A DNA stretch of 64,000 bases, from assembly GCA_015485695.1 (NCBI GenBank), contig WFTB01000006.1:14334-78333 (forward strand), in the 5' to 3' direction. Below are positions 8,498-18,437 of this stretch, piece after piece. Within the stretch, counting starts at the first letter, position 1. Each line of letters starts with the position of its first letter. A program made the position numbers and the translations under genes. The notes beneath the pieces are model-generated. The model did no database searches. It saw only the letters and a list, made by a program, of their open reading frames with translations, and was not told the origin of the DNA. Source of the DNA: Patescibacteria group bacterium. Lineage in GTDB: Bacteria > Patescibacteriota > Patescibacteriia > WFTA01 > S139-112.

Positions 8498-10906
8498 ATG
8501 ACACATTCCAAATCCGGTCCCGGTTCTTCAGCGGGTTCGATTGCTCTTGTTTCGTCTTCTTCCGCGGACGATGAAAGGAGGCTGAAAAAGATTTTAATAT
8601 ATTTTATAATAACGTCGCTGGTTGTCTTTACGGTTACCGGTTTTTTTGTCGGTTTTGTAAATGTGGATTCAGCGCGCGCTCAAGAAGCGGATTCTCGGAG
8701 CGACGTCACGCTTGACATGACCGTTGATTCGGAAGATTTGGGAATAGGCGAGCCCGGCATATTGCCCGGTTCTTTTTTGTACGGATTCAAAAACGCCATT
8801 CGCGGCATGCGACACACTTTAACGTTTGGCGATGAAAGAAAGGCAAATCTTGAGATGCGATACGCAAACGAGCGCTTGATGGAAGCAAAAAAATTGCTTG
8901 AGATTTCGGAAGAAGACGATATTGACGAGTCAGATCGTTTAAAAGCCAAATCTCTCGCTCTAAAAACGCTTCGGTATTATCAAGATACGGTCAATATGGC
9001 AATGAACAGGGCGGAGAATATAAAGGACTCGGAAGAGAAAAGTAGTATTATGGGGTTGGCTGTAGGCAAATTACTTAAACAAGATCGGATTATAGAAAGC
9101 ATGGAAGACAAGCTGTGGAATGCGGGAGATGACGTTAGCGATATTGTGGCGAACAAAAAAATGGTTCGAGATAAAATCGGATTTGCGATAGCAAACTCCG
9201 GAAAAAATCCGGAGGAGCTCGCAGTGGAATTGCAAAGCGTTATTGACAGACAAGGTGGCAGTGACTTTAAGTATTTTAAACTTCTTGAAGTTTTGGAAAG
9301 CGCGCAAGACAGGGTCGATGGCAAAGCTCGAGACCGAATAGACGCTTTACGGGATAAGTTCCGAGAGCGGTTTGAGTCGGATTTTTCAAAAATGCCCGAC
9401 GATGTTAGAAAGTCCAAGCTCAAAGCATATATAGAGAATGTTCCCGGAGACGCGATTTTGCAACTTGAAGTTTTGGACGAGATTAAATCCAAAGGCTCGA
9501 TTCCGGAAGATGCTTTTTCGGATATTGAGATGTTCAAACAAGTCGCTGCGAGAAAGTTTTTGCGCAGAATTCAAAACGCTCCCGAATATCTGCAGGATGA
9601 TATGATGGACGTTTTGGGCGAGGGCGATGAATTCGAAAATCTTCGTTCGATAAACGAATTGATGAGTCGATTGCCTGAGGAATCTTTGCCACCTAAAGTT
9701 CGAGAGCGCATAGCGGAACGGGAAAAGAATTCAATAGAAAAGATTCGCGGATTTATCGGTTACGGTCCGAATGATGATGAAGATATGTCGGACAAAATGA
9801 AAAGGCTGATGGGCGAAGTTCGAGAGAATCCGAATGTCGCCACTTTTCGCGCGCTAGGCAAGCTGAAGGAGAATCTGGCTCCGGAACAAAAAAGATTCAT
9901 ACTGAAACTGGAAGAAGAAGGCGCGAATGAAATTGCCAGAAAATTCTCTGAACAGGGAGAGGGATTTTTGAAACGAATCGAAACCGGAAATTTGGATGAT
10001 ATTGAAATTTTTGAAAATCTGCGCGATGTTGCGGACAGCTCCAAAAGACGTTACGGAGCAGTTGAGAATCCGTTTTCACGTTTGCAAGACTTGCAAGTTG
10101 ATTCCGTTGCCGAATACATAAAACAAACGGAAGACATTGAAGAGATAAGGCGGATAAAGAAACAATTGGAAGACAACCCCGTGATTCTTGATAGGATCAA
10201 TAAGAGTAATGCGATTGGAAAATCCGTCGGAATGAAATCAATGTTGGAAGCGAGGGAAGAAATGATAAAAGAAACTCTTAAACTTGAAGATGATATGGAT
10301 ATTGATGATGATTCTCGGGAAGATGAATTGGAAGAATCCGATCGTCAAAACATGAAAAACAAATCAATCCGAGCGAAATCGGGTATAAGAAAAAACACCG
10401 GAATTAAAAAGTCTGATTTACCGAAAGGCATGCCGGATAATGTGCGAATGAATGACGACGAGGATTCGGAGGATTCTCGCGAAGAAGGTGTTGAAACGTT
10501 TGACAGCCATACCAAGCGAAAGAGCGAAGGGCGCTTGAACGGAAAATCCGAAGATGCGACAAGGATTAGACCCAGAAGTATTAAGCGGATAAAAACCGAT
10601 GAAAGCAAGGGTTTGAATAAATTAAACAGACTTAATGACGGTGTTGTTCGAGTCGCGAGTGTGAGTCGTCCTGTCTCTGTGGGAATTTTGCGATTTGATT
10701 CGGGTCCGTTTCCGGTGTCCAAAAACGTGGGACTGATACAGGATTTACCCGGAAAACCCGAGGTGCTCGGCGCAAGCACAATGTGGGATACACCGAAAAA
10801 AGACGCGATAGTCGGTGGTCCGATTCCAAATATAATGTCTCGTTCTTTGCCGATTGACATGATAAGTTATTTCTTTAAACTCATAACTTTTACATACGAC
10901 AAATAA
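8498..10906 (+). CDS. Large membrane-anchored DUF5667-domain protein
   Basis: N-terminal TM/signal segment, then PGILPGSFLYGFKNAIRGMRHTLTFGDERKANLEMRYANERLMEA (DUF5667-like), long charged helical body and acidic/basic low-complexity tail. Confidence 0.75.
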   Translation: MTHSKSGPGSSAGSIALVSSSSADDERRLKKILIYFIITSLVVFTVTGFFVGFVNVDSARAQEADSRSDVTLDMTVDSEDLGIGEPGILPGSFLYGFKNAIRGMRHTLTFGDERKANLEMRYANERLMEAKKLLEISEEDDIDESDRLKAKSLALKTLRYYQDTVNMAMNRAENIKDSEEKSSIMGLAVGKLLKQDRIIESMEDKLWNAGDDVSDIVANKKMVRDKIGFAIANSGKNPEELAVELQSVIDRQGGSDFKYFKLLEVLESAQDRVDGKARDRIDALRDKFRERFESDFSKMPDDVRKSKLKAYIENVPGDAILQLEVLDEIKSKGSIPEDAFSDIEMFKQVAARKFLRRIQNAPEYLQDDMMDVLGEGDEFENLRSINELMSRLPEESLPPKVRERIAEREKNSIEKIRGFIGYGPNDDEDMSDKMKRLMGEVRENPNVATFRALGKLKENLAPEQKRFILKLEEEGANEIARKFSEQGEGFLKRIETGNLDDIEIFENLRDVADSSKRRYGAVENPFSRLQDLQVDSVAEYIKQTEDIEEIRRIKKQLEDNPVILDRINKSNAIGKSVGMKSMLEAREEMIKETLKLEDDMDIDDDSREDELEESDRQNMKNKSIRAKSGIRKNTGIKKSDLPKGMPDNVRMNDDEDSEDSREEGVETFDSHTKRKSEGRLNGKSEDATRIRPRSIKRIKTDESKGLNKLNRLNDGVVRVASVSRPVSVGILRFDSGPFPVSKNVGLIQDLPGKPEVLGASTMWDTPKKDAIVGGPIPNIMSRSLPIDMISYFFKLITFTYDK

Positions 10907-10939
10907 AATTCCCATTTGAACTTTGTCTTTTGTCTCATG

Positions 10940-10973
10940 GTCCCGACGCTTCTTAAATCGCATCGGGATTTTT
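10940..10973 (+). terminator. Probable rho-independent terminator
   Basis: GTCCCGACGC / GCATCGGGAT imperfect stem followed by a T run, 35 bp after the stop codon. Confidence 0.45.
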
Positions 10974-11119
10974 AAATTCTATTGTCGTAATTGGAATAAA
11001 TCCGCCTTGGTCGAGCGCATGGAGTTTGATTTTTGTCGTGTTTAATTTTTGGTATTTTGAATTGTGTGTCAAATCTGCTAATATAACGTAGTCGCCAACT
11101 CTTAATGTTTTGATTTCGA

Positions 11120-12778
11120 ATGTCCAATACTATTTACAGAAAATATCGACCGCAAGTTTTTGCCGATGTGATTGGTCAGGAGCATGTTGTTCGTACCATA
11201 CAAAATGAAATCATGTCGGATTCAATAGCTCATGCGTATTTGTTCTCAGGTCCCAGAGGTCTCGGCAAGACGACAACGGCAAGGTTGTTGGCAAAATCCG
11301 TGAATTGCGCCAACAGAGCGAAAAGGTCCTCGGAACCGTGCAATAAGTGCGCGACATGCGTTGATATCGGAAAAGGAAGCGCGTTAGATGTTATTGAGAT
11401 TGACGCGGCGTCGAACAGGGGGATAAATGAAATACGAGCGCTTAAAGAACACATAGGTTTTACGCCTTCAGGCAGTAAGTATCGTGTATTTATAATTGAT
11501 GAAGTGCACATGTTAACGGCTGAGGCTTTCAACGCTTTATTGAAAACCTTGGAAGAGCCACCAAAGCACGCGATATTTGTTTTGGCGACGACAGAATTGC
11601 ACAAGGTGCCGGATACGATTCAATCTCGTTGCCAAACTTTCGTGTTTAGAAAAGTTTCAAATCAAGATTTGAAAAAAAGACTGCTGTATATAGCGAAACT
11701 GGAGAAGGTGTCCATCGATGACGATGTGTTGAGCGTTATAATATCCCGTTCCGGAGGGTTTGTAAGAGATGCTGAGTCTTTGTTGGGGCAGATATTGTCT
11801 TTGGGGCATAAAAAGATAGACATAGATTCGGTTAGCGCATTACTACCGAAGTCGCGCGTTGAGAATATATATGAAATGCTCGATTTATTATCCGAAAGGC
11901 GGACAAAAGACGCGCTTGAAAGCGTAATTCGTCTTGTTGATGAAGGTGTTGATTTGGGTTTTTATACCTCTGAGCTTATGGAAGCTGTCAGGAAGATTAT
12001 TTTGATTCAAAACGAAGTCGAGCTTAACGACGATGTATTGTCAAGTTACGCGGAAAAGTTTTCGCATTCCGACTCGGTGCGACTTGCGCGTTTGGTGGAT
12101 AAAACTTTTGACGCGATTAAAAAAAGCGATATCCCTCAACTTCCTCTGGAGCTTATGATTATAGAATACACGAGACCCGATATTTGCGATGAAAACAATA
12201 CGTACATTTACAATAATGGGAATTCGGAAAACGTCTCAGTCGACGAAACCGCCGTAAAGCAAAGCGAAAAACCCGAACGTTCCGAATCGAATAAAGCTCG
12301 ACAATTCGAACACGATAAAATCGACGGCAATATTCGCTCCAAAGAAACTTCAGGTAATGCGGAAAAGAATAACAGCCCCGACTCGGACAAGTCGAAGAAG
12401 GGTTCGGTGAAGGTAAAAGCGAAGATTGGGAATATAAAATCCAAATGGCAAGAAGTCGTGAGACGAAGCAGGAAACATAATCACAGCGTGGCTTTGGCGC
12501 TTAACATGGTTCATCCCATTTCGATTGATGGCGACACTCTTGTCTTGGGTAGCGCGTATGATTTTCATTGTGAGCGTCTTTCATCAGTAGAAAACAGGAA
12601 TTTAGTCGATATGGTCTTGGAAGAAGTTTTTGGTGAACGTATAATTTGCAATGTAGTAAGAATTACTGAAGAAGAAGCAAGAAGTCTTGACCCTGGCAAG
12701 GAAACCATGCCGAAAGAACAGGAAGAAAAGTTGATAAACGACGTTTTAGAGGTTTTCGGAGGGAGTGTGGTTTCTTGA
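11120..12778 (+). CDS. dnaX: DNA polymerase III subunit gamma/tau
   Basis: YRKYRPQ, HAYLFSGPRGLGKTT, Zn motif CNKCATC, EIDAASNRG, IIDEVHML, NALLKTLEEPP, TIQSRC. Confidence 0.97.
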   Translation: MSNTIYRKYRPQVFADVIGQEHVVRTIQNEIMSDSIAHAYLFSGPRGLGKTTTARLLAKSVNCANRAKRSSEPCNKCATCVDIGKGSALDVIEIDAASNRGINEIRALKEHIGFTPSGSKYRVFIIDEVHMLTAEAFNALLKTLEEPPKHAIFVLATTELHKVPDTIQSRCQTFVFRKVSNQDLKKRLLYIAKLEKVSIDDDVLSVIISRSGGFVRDAESLLGQILSLGHKKIDIDSVSALLPKSRVENIYEMLDLLSERRTKDALESVIRLVDEGVDLGFYTSELMEAVRKIILIQNEVELNDDVLSSYAEKFSHSDSVRLARLVDKTFDAIKKSDIPQLPLELMIIEYTRPDICDENNTYIYNNGNSENVSVDETAVKQSEKPERSESNKARQFEHDKIDGNIRSKETSGNAEKNNSPDSDKSKKGSVKVKAKIGNIKSKWQEVVRRSRKHNHSVALALNMVHPISIDGDTLVLGSAYDFHCERLSSVENRNLVDMVLEEVFGERIICNVVRITEEEARSLDPGKETMPKEQEEKLINDVLEVFGGSVVS

Positions 12779-13015
12779 GTGTTGAAAATTCCGTTTTGTT
12801 GTGAATTGTCTGTTTTTTAAAATATCGGATTTGGATATTTGCTCAAATTTGAACAATGGTATAGTATTGTGATGCGCTCTTGTAAATTGATTGCGCTTTG
12901 TTGTTTTACTCTGTCGATTATCACGGCTGAAAACATTTAATTCAATTAAGTCATTCAAGAAAAGATATCGCTCAGAACGCGATGATGAACTTAATTGTAA
13001 ATCGCTCAACAATAC

Positions 13016-13086
13016 TGCCGGGTCGTCTAATGGCAGGACGCTTGGTTCTGGCCCAAGCAATCGGGGTTCGAATCCCTGCCCGGCAA
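13016..13086 (+). tRNA. tRNA-Gln (anticodon CTG)
   Basis: Cloverleaf: acceptor TGCCGGG/CCCGGCA, anticodon arm CTTGG-TTCTGGC-CCAAG, T-arm CGGGG-TTCGAAT-CCCTG; U1-A72 pair; CCA not encoded. Confidence 0.95.
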
Positions 13087-13210
13087 CATGTTTATGGTGA
13101 TGGATTCGAACGGGCGAAGTTGAGTGCCGGTGGCACTCTGCTGAAGCCCAGGTCCCGAAGGGCGAATCCCTGCCCGGCAACATGTTTATAGTGATGGATT
13201 CGAACGGACG
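13069..13210 (+). repeat. Direct repeat (45 bp, period 94 bp) duplicating the tRNA-Gln 3' end
   Basis: CGAATCCCTGCCCGGCAACATGTTTATRGTGATGGATTCGAACGG at 13069-13113 and 13163-13207, one mismatch. Confidence 0.92.
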
Positions 13211-13254
13211 TACCACACTCGGGTGTTTGCGCGAATTCAAAATTTCTTTTCGAT

Positions 13255-15447
13255 TTATCTGGATAGCTTGAAAATATGTAATTTGCCGTCTGCTATTTTC
13301 TTGTAACCGTCAATTCCAAATTCGCTCTTTGCTTGCTCAACTCGCTTTTTCGAGTCTAGCCAGTAGTCGTTTATTACAAAATACCCGATATCGACCCCCG
13401 CCATATCCATCGCCCTAATAAGGCGATTTTTTGTCGGCTCTTCATATACCATGTCAAGATATATTTTATAAAACGGAGAAGTGGTCGGTATCGGATAATA
13501 AAAAAGATCTCCGTCTTCCGTAGAAAAATATTTTTTGAATCCGTTTTCTTGCAGGGCCGCGGCGGAAACTGCTTGATTCGCTAGCACTATGTAATCTTTT
13601 CCTTCGGAGTCTTTTTCTATCCACGAAACCGCGGATATATCGTATTTTGATGTGGCATAGGCTCGTGATTTCGCGAATGCGTCTATTCGAGGATACATTG
13701 AGTACAAAGATCCCGTTGAATAAAGCGCGATAAAAAACACGATTGCGAGAATTATAGTTTTTCTCGATTTTAATGCCGTTTCAACCGATTTGATAATTGC
13801 GAACAATATCGCGGGAACAAGGAACAAAAAGGCGATTTGGAAGAAACGAGATATGAATTCCTCCAATTCATACGACACTATGGGTATCGGTAGGTTTACC
13901 AATGCAATCGCGTCAATCGATATGATAATGCAAGATACGATTAGGGATTTGGCTGTTGATTTGTCTATTTTTGCGATAAACCAAATTCCGAAAGACGCCA
14001 TAATAACCATTATCGGGATGTAATTTGCGGAAAACAATTCAACGGTATGAAGCGTGGATTGAAACGGAATCCATTGGTATATATCTGAAAATAATTGTTT
14101 TAAATTTAACGCTCCGTCAATCGAGATTGCGGATGATTGATTTGCTTGTATTTTCCCGCCCGCGAAAAACATGAGCGGAAGAGCCGCGGCGGACAAAATC
14201 GAGAAAATCGAGTATATGGCGTTTTTGTTTTTGATTTCAATTTTGTCAATTTGAACCAATGACAAATAAATCAAAGCCGGAATTCCGCTAAACGGATGGA
14301 TGAAAAAGGCGGTCACTCCGAGAAACCATAAGAAAATGTTGAGTTTTTTTCTTGTATTAGGTGAAATTGACAATATTATTATCGACAAAAGAAACAAGTT
14401 TCCCAGATTTTGAGGAACTGAAAAGAAAAAAGGAAGAGATAAAATCGGAAATGCCGTCAGAGAAATTAAAATCGATTTATATGAAAATCCGAATCTCTTA
14501 TAAACATAAATTGCCGTTGCGGGTATCAGAATCGAAGAAAGCGCGGGCACAAGGAGTCTATCCGCCGTTCGTATTGCCATTCCAGAAATTTCAGTTACCC
14601 AAGTTATAAAGGAATATTGACCGATGTACAGAAACGGCTTCGGGTTTATGGTGCCGGTTATTGCCAGAAGTTTTTCGGACGCTTGGTGCACGAACGGGTC
14701 AAATCCGAAATTTATGCCATACACGAATATTATTACAGAATAAGACAAAAACAAATGAATCGATACGAGAATAATATCGCAATTTGACTTTGCGAGATTG
14801 CCGTCCGCATCGGGTTTCGTTTTTGTAAAAAAGTATCGAACTTTGTTCAACGCATTTTCCATCAGGTTGCTTGTATTGTCCGTTTTTTTCGTTTTGCGCA
14901 GTGCGATGATTGATATCAATAAAGCGCTTGCTAGAAAATACAATACAAAAAACAGTGGCTGAACAACTTCCCATGGAGACTGTATTGCTTCCATGGTTTT
15001 ACTGTTTGAAAGTATTTTGAACGCTAAAGCGATGACAAACAGATATACCGCAATGAGAATTAGTTTACAATTTGAAAAACCTGGTTTTTCTTTTTCCAAA
15101 AGTCCGAAGCTTACCCGTTTGTCGTTATTTTCGGGTGAGAAAAGAAGCATGATAATCGGAATCAAAATCGTAAGCGTCATGACAACCTCGGTATTCAAGC
15201 GCCATATATAAAAAAATACGGATCCCGAAAACATAAACAAAGCTACGACAGCGAAAAGCCCAAACGCGAACCTTACATACAATGTTTCGTCTTTTGCGAT
15301 AATGGCTCCGGCGCGCATGGCAAGAAGCGCGATATAAGCAAATGTCAAGACCGCTCCGATTGTTACGTTGCCAAAGAGCCAAACATTCAAAATCATTAAC
15401 GCTCCCACGGATATTGTTGTGTAAATCTTTTTGTTTTCCATGTCCAT
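13255..15447 (-). CDS. Large polytopic membrane protein, possibly GT-C-like glycosyltransferase
   Basis: 730 aa, many TM helices, loop motif GFDPFVHQASE, soluble C-terminal domain. Confidence 0.6.
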   Translation of the reverse strand: MDMENKKIYTTISVGALMILNVWLFGNVTIGAVLTFAYIALLAMRAGAIIAKDETLYVRFAFGLFAVVALFMFSGSVFFYIWRLNTEVVMTLTILIPIIMLLFSPENNDKRVSFGLLEKEKPGFSNCKLILIAVYLFVIALAFKILSNSKTMEAIQSPWEVVQPLFFVLYFLASALLISIIALRKTKKTDNTSNLMENALNKVRYFFTKTKPDADGNLAKSNCDIILVSIHLFLSYSVIIFVYGINFGFDPFVHQASEKLLAITGTINPKPFLYIGQYSFITWVTEISGMAIRTADRLLVPALSSILIPATAIYVYKRFGFSYKSILISLTAFPILSLPFFFSVPQNLGNLFLLSIIILSISPNTRKKLNIFLWFLGVTAFFIHPFSGIPALIYLSLVQIDKIEIKNKNAIYSIFSILSAAALPLMFFAGGKIQANQSSAISIDGALNLKQLFSDIYQWIPFQSTLHTVELFSANYIPIMVIMASFGIWFIAKIDKSTAKSLIVSCIIISIDAIALVNLPIPIVSYELEEFISRFFQIAFLFLVPAILFAIIKSVETALKSRKTIILAIVFFIALYSTGSLYSMYPRIDAFAKSRAYATSKYDISAVSWIEKDSEGKDYIVLANQAVSAAALQENGFKKYFSTEDGDLFYYPIPTTSPFYKIYLDMVYEEPTKNRLIRAMDMAGVDIGYFVINDYWLDSKKRVEQAKSEFGIDGYKKIADGKLHIFKLSR

Positions 15448-15571
15448 ATAGTATCACGTTCGTTTTGTTGGGCAAGGAGAATGCGTTAAACGGATCGATA
15501 ATCGAGTTTGCGTGGTCTTGGCGGGTATTTGCAATCTTTCCAGATTCGGTTTATTTTGTTAGTCTTTATGT

Positions 15572-17353
15572 ATGAAACGGTTTAATAACATACATTGGTA
15601 CTCAGTGTCGGTGATTTTGGCGGGAATCGCCATGTTTTTTGTCTATGCTTGGTTTTCTTGGACCACCACGGAGACGAGTTTCTATACTTGCGATTCAAAC
15701 GAAACTGTGGACACCGAATTGTGTCGAGTCTATGGAGACCCGACTGAAGTTTTCAAATTCAATTCTCCGGATGAGAGCGCGAATTTTTTCTGGACGCTCA
15801 GATACTCTCAAGGTAAAGGGTTCGGGTTTGACGAACCGCTTGAAACCGTCGGCAATAACTTGATACGACCGCGCAGTGTCGCGGTGCGAAATGACAAGGT
15901 TGGCATAGGTTCTTTTTTGGGATTGCCTTTGATATATGGATCGTTGGCAAAAATCGTAACGATTCCGAAGCTGTCAATAGAGCAATTTATATTGTTATTG
16001 ACTCCTGTATTCGCGGTTCTCGGGGTGTGGTTCTTTTACTTGCTTTTATCTCGCGTGTTTGACAAAAACACGGCTCTTGTCTCGGCTTTGTTGGTATTTG
16101 TTTTTCCCGGATGGTCGTATTTCGCAAGTCGGGCGATGTATCACAATGTGCTTTTCTTGAGTCTTTTGGTAATCGGATTGTATTTTTTTGTCAAAGCTTT
16201 GTCGTTACGCGGTAATTCGTTTCGTCAAAAATCGGTTCACGTTTTCATGTATTGTATGTCCGGTATATTCGTCGGATTGGCGTTGATTACGCGAACATCC
16301 GAGATAGGCTGGGTCGTGTTGATGTTTATTTTTATTTTAATCTTTAACAGAGCCGGTTTTATTCCGGTAAGACGACATAAAATCGCAAACTGGATCGGTA
16401 TCGCGATGTTTGGCGTTTTTATATTTGTAGCGTTTGTTCCGGTATTTGCGAATAATATCGCTTTTTACGGGCAACCTTTGTCTGTCGGATATACGCCCGG
16501 ATTCTCAGGTTCTTTTTCGGATGTCGTGGAGCAACGAGACGTCTTGTTCAGTATGCTTGTGAGTCCGTTCGGATTCGATTTTAAAAGCATCGCCACAAAC
16601 GCTTACAATTATCTGGGAATTATTTTTTATCCGTTCTCAATCGCGACTGTATTCGGGTTTTTTATATGGATTTTTTCAAGGCGAAACACTCCTCACAAAA
16701 AAAGACAATGGGGATATTTTGTCATATGGCTGATTATCAGCGCGTACTTGCTTGTGTTTTACGGGTCGTGGCAGATATACGATCGAATAGACCAGAAAAC
16801 GGTCTCAATCGGCACTTCTTATGTTCGTTATTGGTTGCCGATATATATCGGGGCATTGCCGTTTTTGGCTTATGGCATGGTTCGTTTTACGCGTCTTACG
16901 ATTCGAAAGTGGGCGAGACCGGTTCTTATAGGGCTTTTTATAATACTGCTTTCGGTCTCAAGTTTTCGAATCGTGTTTAATTCGACCGATGAGAGCCTTA
17001 TTGCGGTAAGGTCGAATGTCAGAGATACTCAAGGAAAATATCTGAAACTTCGCCAATACATATCCGAAGATTCTATCGTGGTGCTCGGGTTCAAACAGGC
17101 GGATAAAGTGTTTTTCCCCCAGCATTCTAGAATAATCGTCGAGATGGCGAATTCTAAGGATTATGAATCTTTGCGAGATTTATTGGATTATACGGATGTG
17201 TATTACTATCATTTTGCTCCCGAAGACACGATTAGATATATATCAAAAAGGGATTTTGAGCCGTATGGTATGCGAATCGCCGAAGGTAGAAAGATTTTTG
17301 GCGATGAGTGGATGTATAGGGTTGAAATAATGGAAGAATCGTCGGAAGAATAA
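15572..17353 (+). CDS. GT-C fold (PMT/ArnT-like, family 39-like) glycosyltransferase
   Basis: First loop FNSPDESANFFW acidic dyad, about 11-13 TM helices, GLALITRTSE and YVRYWLP motifs. Confidence 0.75.
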   Translation: MKRFNNIHWYSVSVILAGIAMFFVYAWFSWTTTETSFYTCDSNETVDTELCRVYGDPTEVFKFNSPDESANFFWTLRYSQGKGFGFDEPLETVGNNLIRPRSVAVRNDKVGIGSFLGLPLIYGSLAKIVTIPKLSIEQFILLLTPVFAVLGVWFFYLLLSRVFDKNTALVSALLVFVFPGWSYFASRAMYHNVLFLSLLVIGLYFFVKALSLRGNSFRQKSVHVFMYCMSGIFVGLALITRTSEIGWVVLMFIFILIFNRAGFIPVRRHKIANWIGIAMFGVFIFVAFVPVFANNIAFYGQPLSVGYTPGFSGSFSDVVEQRDVLFSMLVSPFGFDFKSIATNAYNYLGIIFYPFSIATVFGFFIWIFSRRNTPHKKRQWGYFVIWLIISAYLLVFYGSWQIYDRIDQKTVSIGTSYVRYWLPIYIGALPFLAYGMVRFTRLTIRKWARPVLIGLFIILLSVSSFRIVFNSTDESLIAVRSNVRDTQGKYLKLRQYISEDSIVVLGFKQADKVFFPQHSRIIVEMANSKDYESLRDLLDYTDVYYYHFAPEDTIRYISKRDFEPYGMRIAEGRKIFGDEWMYRVEIMEESSEE

Positions 17354-17367
17354 TATATTCAAAATCA

Positions 17368-17955
17368 ATGAAGTATTACAAAACAATCAGAGTGGTGTTT
17401 GTTCTGGTTCCGGTTTTGGTTTTCGGTTATTTCTCGTACAAGTACGTCAATCCATCGGGTGTGCTTGAGTTTGAGTATGATTTTTGTCGTGAAACGACCC
17501 CGTACGTGTCCGGATTGACGCCAAAAGGAAGAGTGCTTGACATCGAAAAAACCAAGACGCGTTGTGAACAACGAATGGTGATAGATCCAGTGTATTTTGA
17601 TGTCCGTCTTCCACAGAGTTACCGAAAAGTGATATTGGATACGGAAGTCGAAAAAAGCGTTGAACAAAAGTTGCGAATCGGAGTGGGCGTGAACCCGGAT
17701 AATTGGAAGTGGGAGTTTGGAGAAAACATGAAAACATCGGAGAATGAAAACATTAAGACAAGAACGTACCGAACCACAATTGATTTGACCGATGCGAAGT
17801 TTGAGAATAATCGTTATCGGTTTATCATATCCGCTCCCGGGCTTGATATTTCGGGAGAAAGTATTGTGTTTCGCGGTTTGAAATTTAAGTTTGAGAAACC
17901 GCCGTTGACAGCGGAAAATTTCATTAGTCGTATCAGGAGTTTAATGAATATGTGA
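17368..17955 (+). CDS. Hypothetical exported/membrane-anchored protein
   Basis: 195 aa with an N-terminal hydrophobic anchor and beta-rich soluble domain; 14 bp downstream of the GT-C gene. Confidence 0.7.
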   Translation: MKYYKTIRVVFVLVPVLVFGYFSYKYVNPSGVLEFEYDFCRETTPYVSGLTPKGRVLDIEKTKTRCEQRMVIDPVYFDVRLPQSYRKVILDTEVEKSVEQKLRIGVGVNPDNWKWEFGENMKTSENENIKTRTYRTTIDLTDAKFENNRYRFIISAPGLDISGESIVFRGLKFKFEKPPLTAENFISRIRSLMNM

Positions 17956-18049
17956 CAATGCTCGTAAAAAAACAGAATACGTGCCACGCGCAAGTTTTGA
18001 GCAACGTGTCGCTGTCATACAATAGAAGGCACTTGAGAAAAAGCCCGTT

Positions 18050-18277
18050 CTATCCAAGATACTTAAAACGAGGAACTTCTTTGCCATCAATATTAACAGT
18101 TTCAAAAAACATATCTTTTGGTCTTGCCCATAAAGCATTTTTACCAAATTCTTCAGAATCATAAAGTGCTTTGTAAATTACCAGTTCTTCTAATGTTTCA
18201 CTATGTCTGGCAAGACCAATAACCTCATACCGTTTTCCTTTATAGTGTTCATATTTTCCGAGTTTTATTTGTACCAT
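18050..18277 (-). CDS. DUF1653 family protein
   Basis: GKYEHYKGKRYEVIGLARHSETLEELVIYKALY...LWARPKDMF...PRF matches the DUF1653 pattern. Confidence 0.9.
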   Translation of the reverse strand: MVQIKLGKYEHYKGKRYEVIGLARHSETLEELVIYKALYDSEEFGKNALWARPKDMFFETVNIDGKEVPRFKYLG

Positions 18278-18341
18278 AATATCTATTGAAAAATTAAATG
18301 TATATAAATTTTGTTACGGCGTAGGTCTTTTTCTGAATTGA

Positions 18342-18437
18342 ATATAATGTTAGGGATATACGAAGTTTTGTGAACGTAGTAAATAAAATTTGTGTGAAGC
18401 CCGAGCCGAGGGCTGAACCGTATATCCCTTGTTATGG
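18342..18437 (-). other. Integron attC-like recombination site (degenerate R' core)
   Basis: Minus strand: CCATAAC-A-AGGGATATACG...CGTATATCCCT-AAC-ATTATAT. Perfect 11-bp inverted repeat (18352-18362 / 18419-18429) flanked by AAC and (G>A)TT cores, lying between two co-oriented small genes. Confidence 0.6.

Noticed and set aside
10907-11119. SRP RNA (ffs) upstream of dnaX
   Set aside because: No domain IV GGAA tetraloop with CAGG/AGCA internal loop found on either strand.
11120-12778. Programmed -1 frameshift in dnaX
   Set aside because: The A runs at ~11672 and ~12119 are not phased as A AAA AAG, lie inside the conserved clamp-loader domains, and have no obvious stimulatory hairpin.
13069-13238. 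Mini CRISPR array (45-bp repeat with 49-bp spacer)
   Set aside because: Only two good copies, the repeat includes the tRNA 3' end, and there are no cas genes; better explained as a tRNA-linked duplication.
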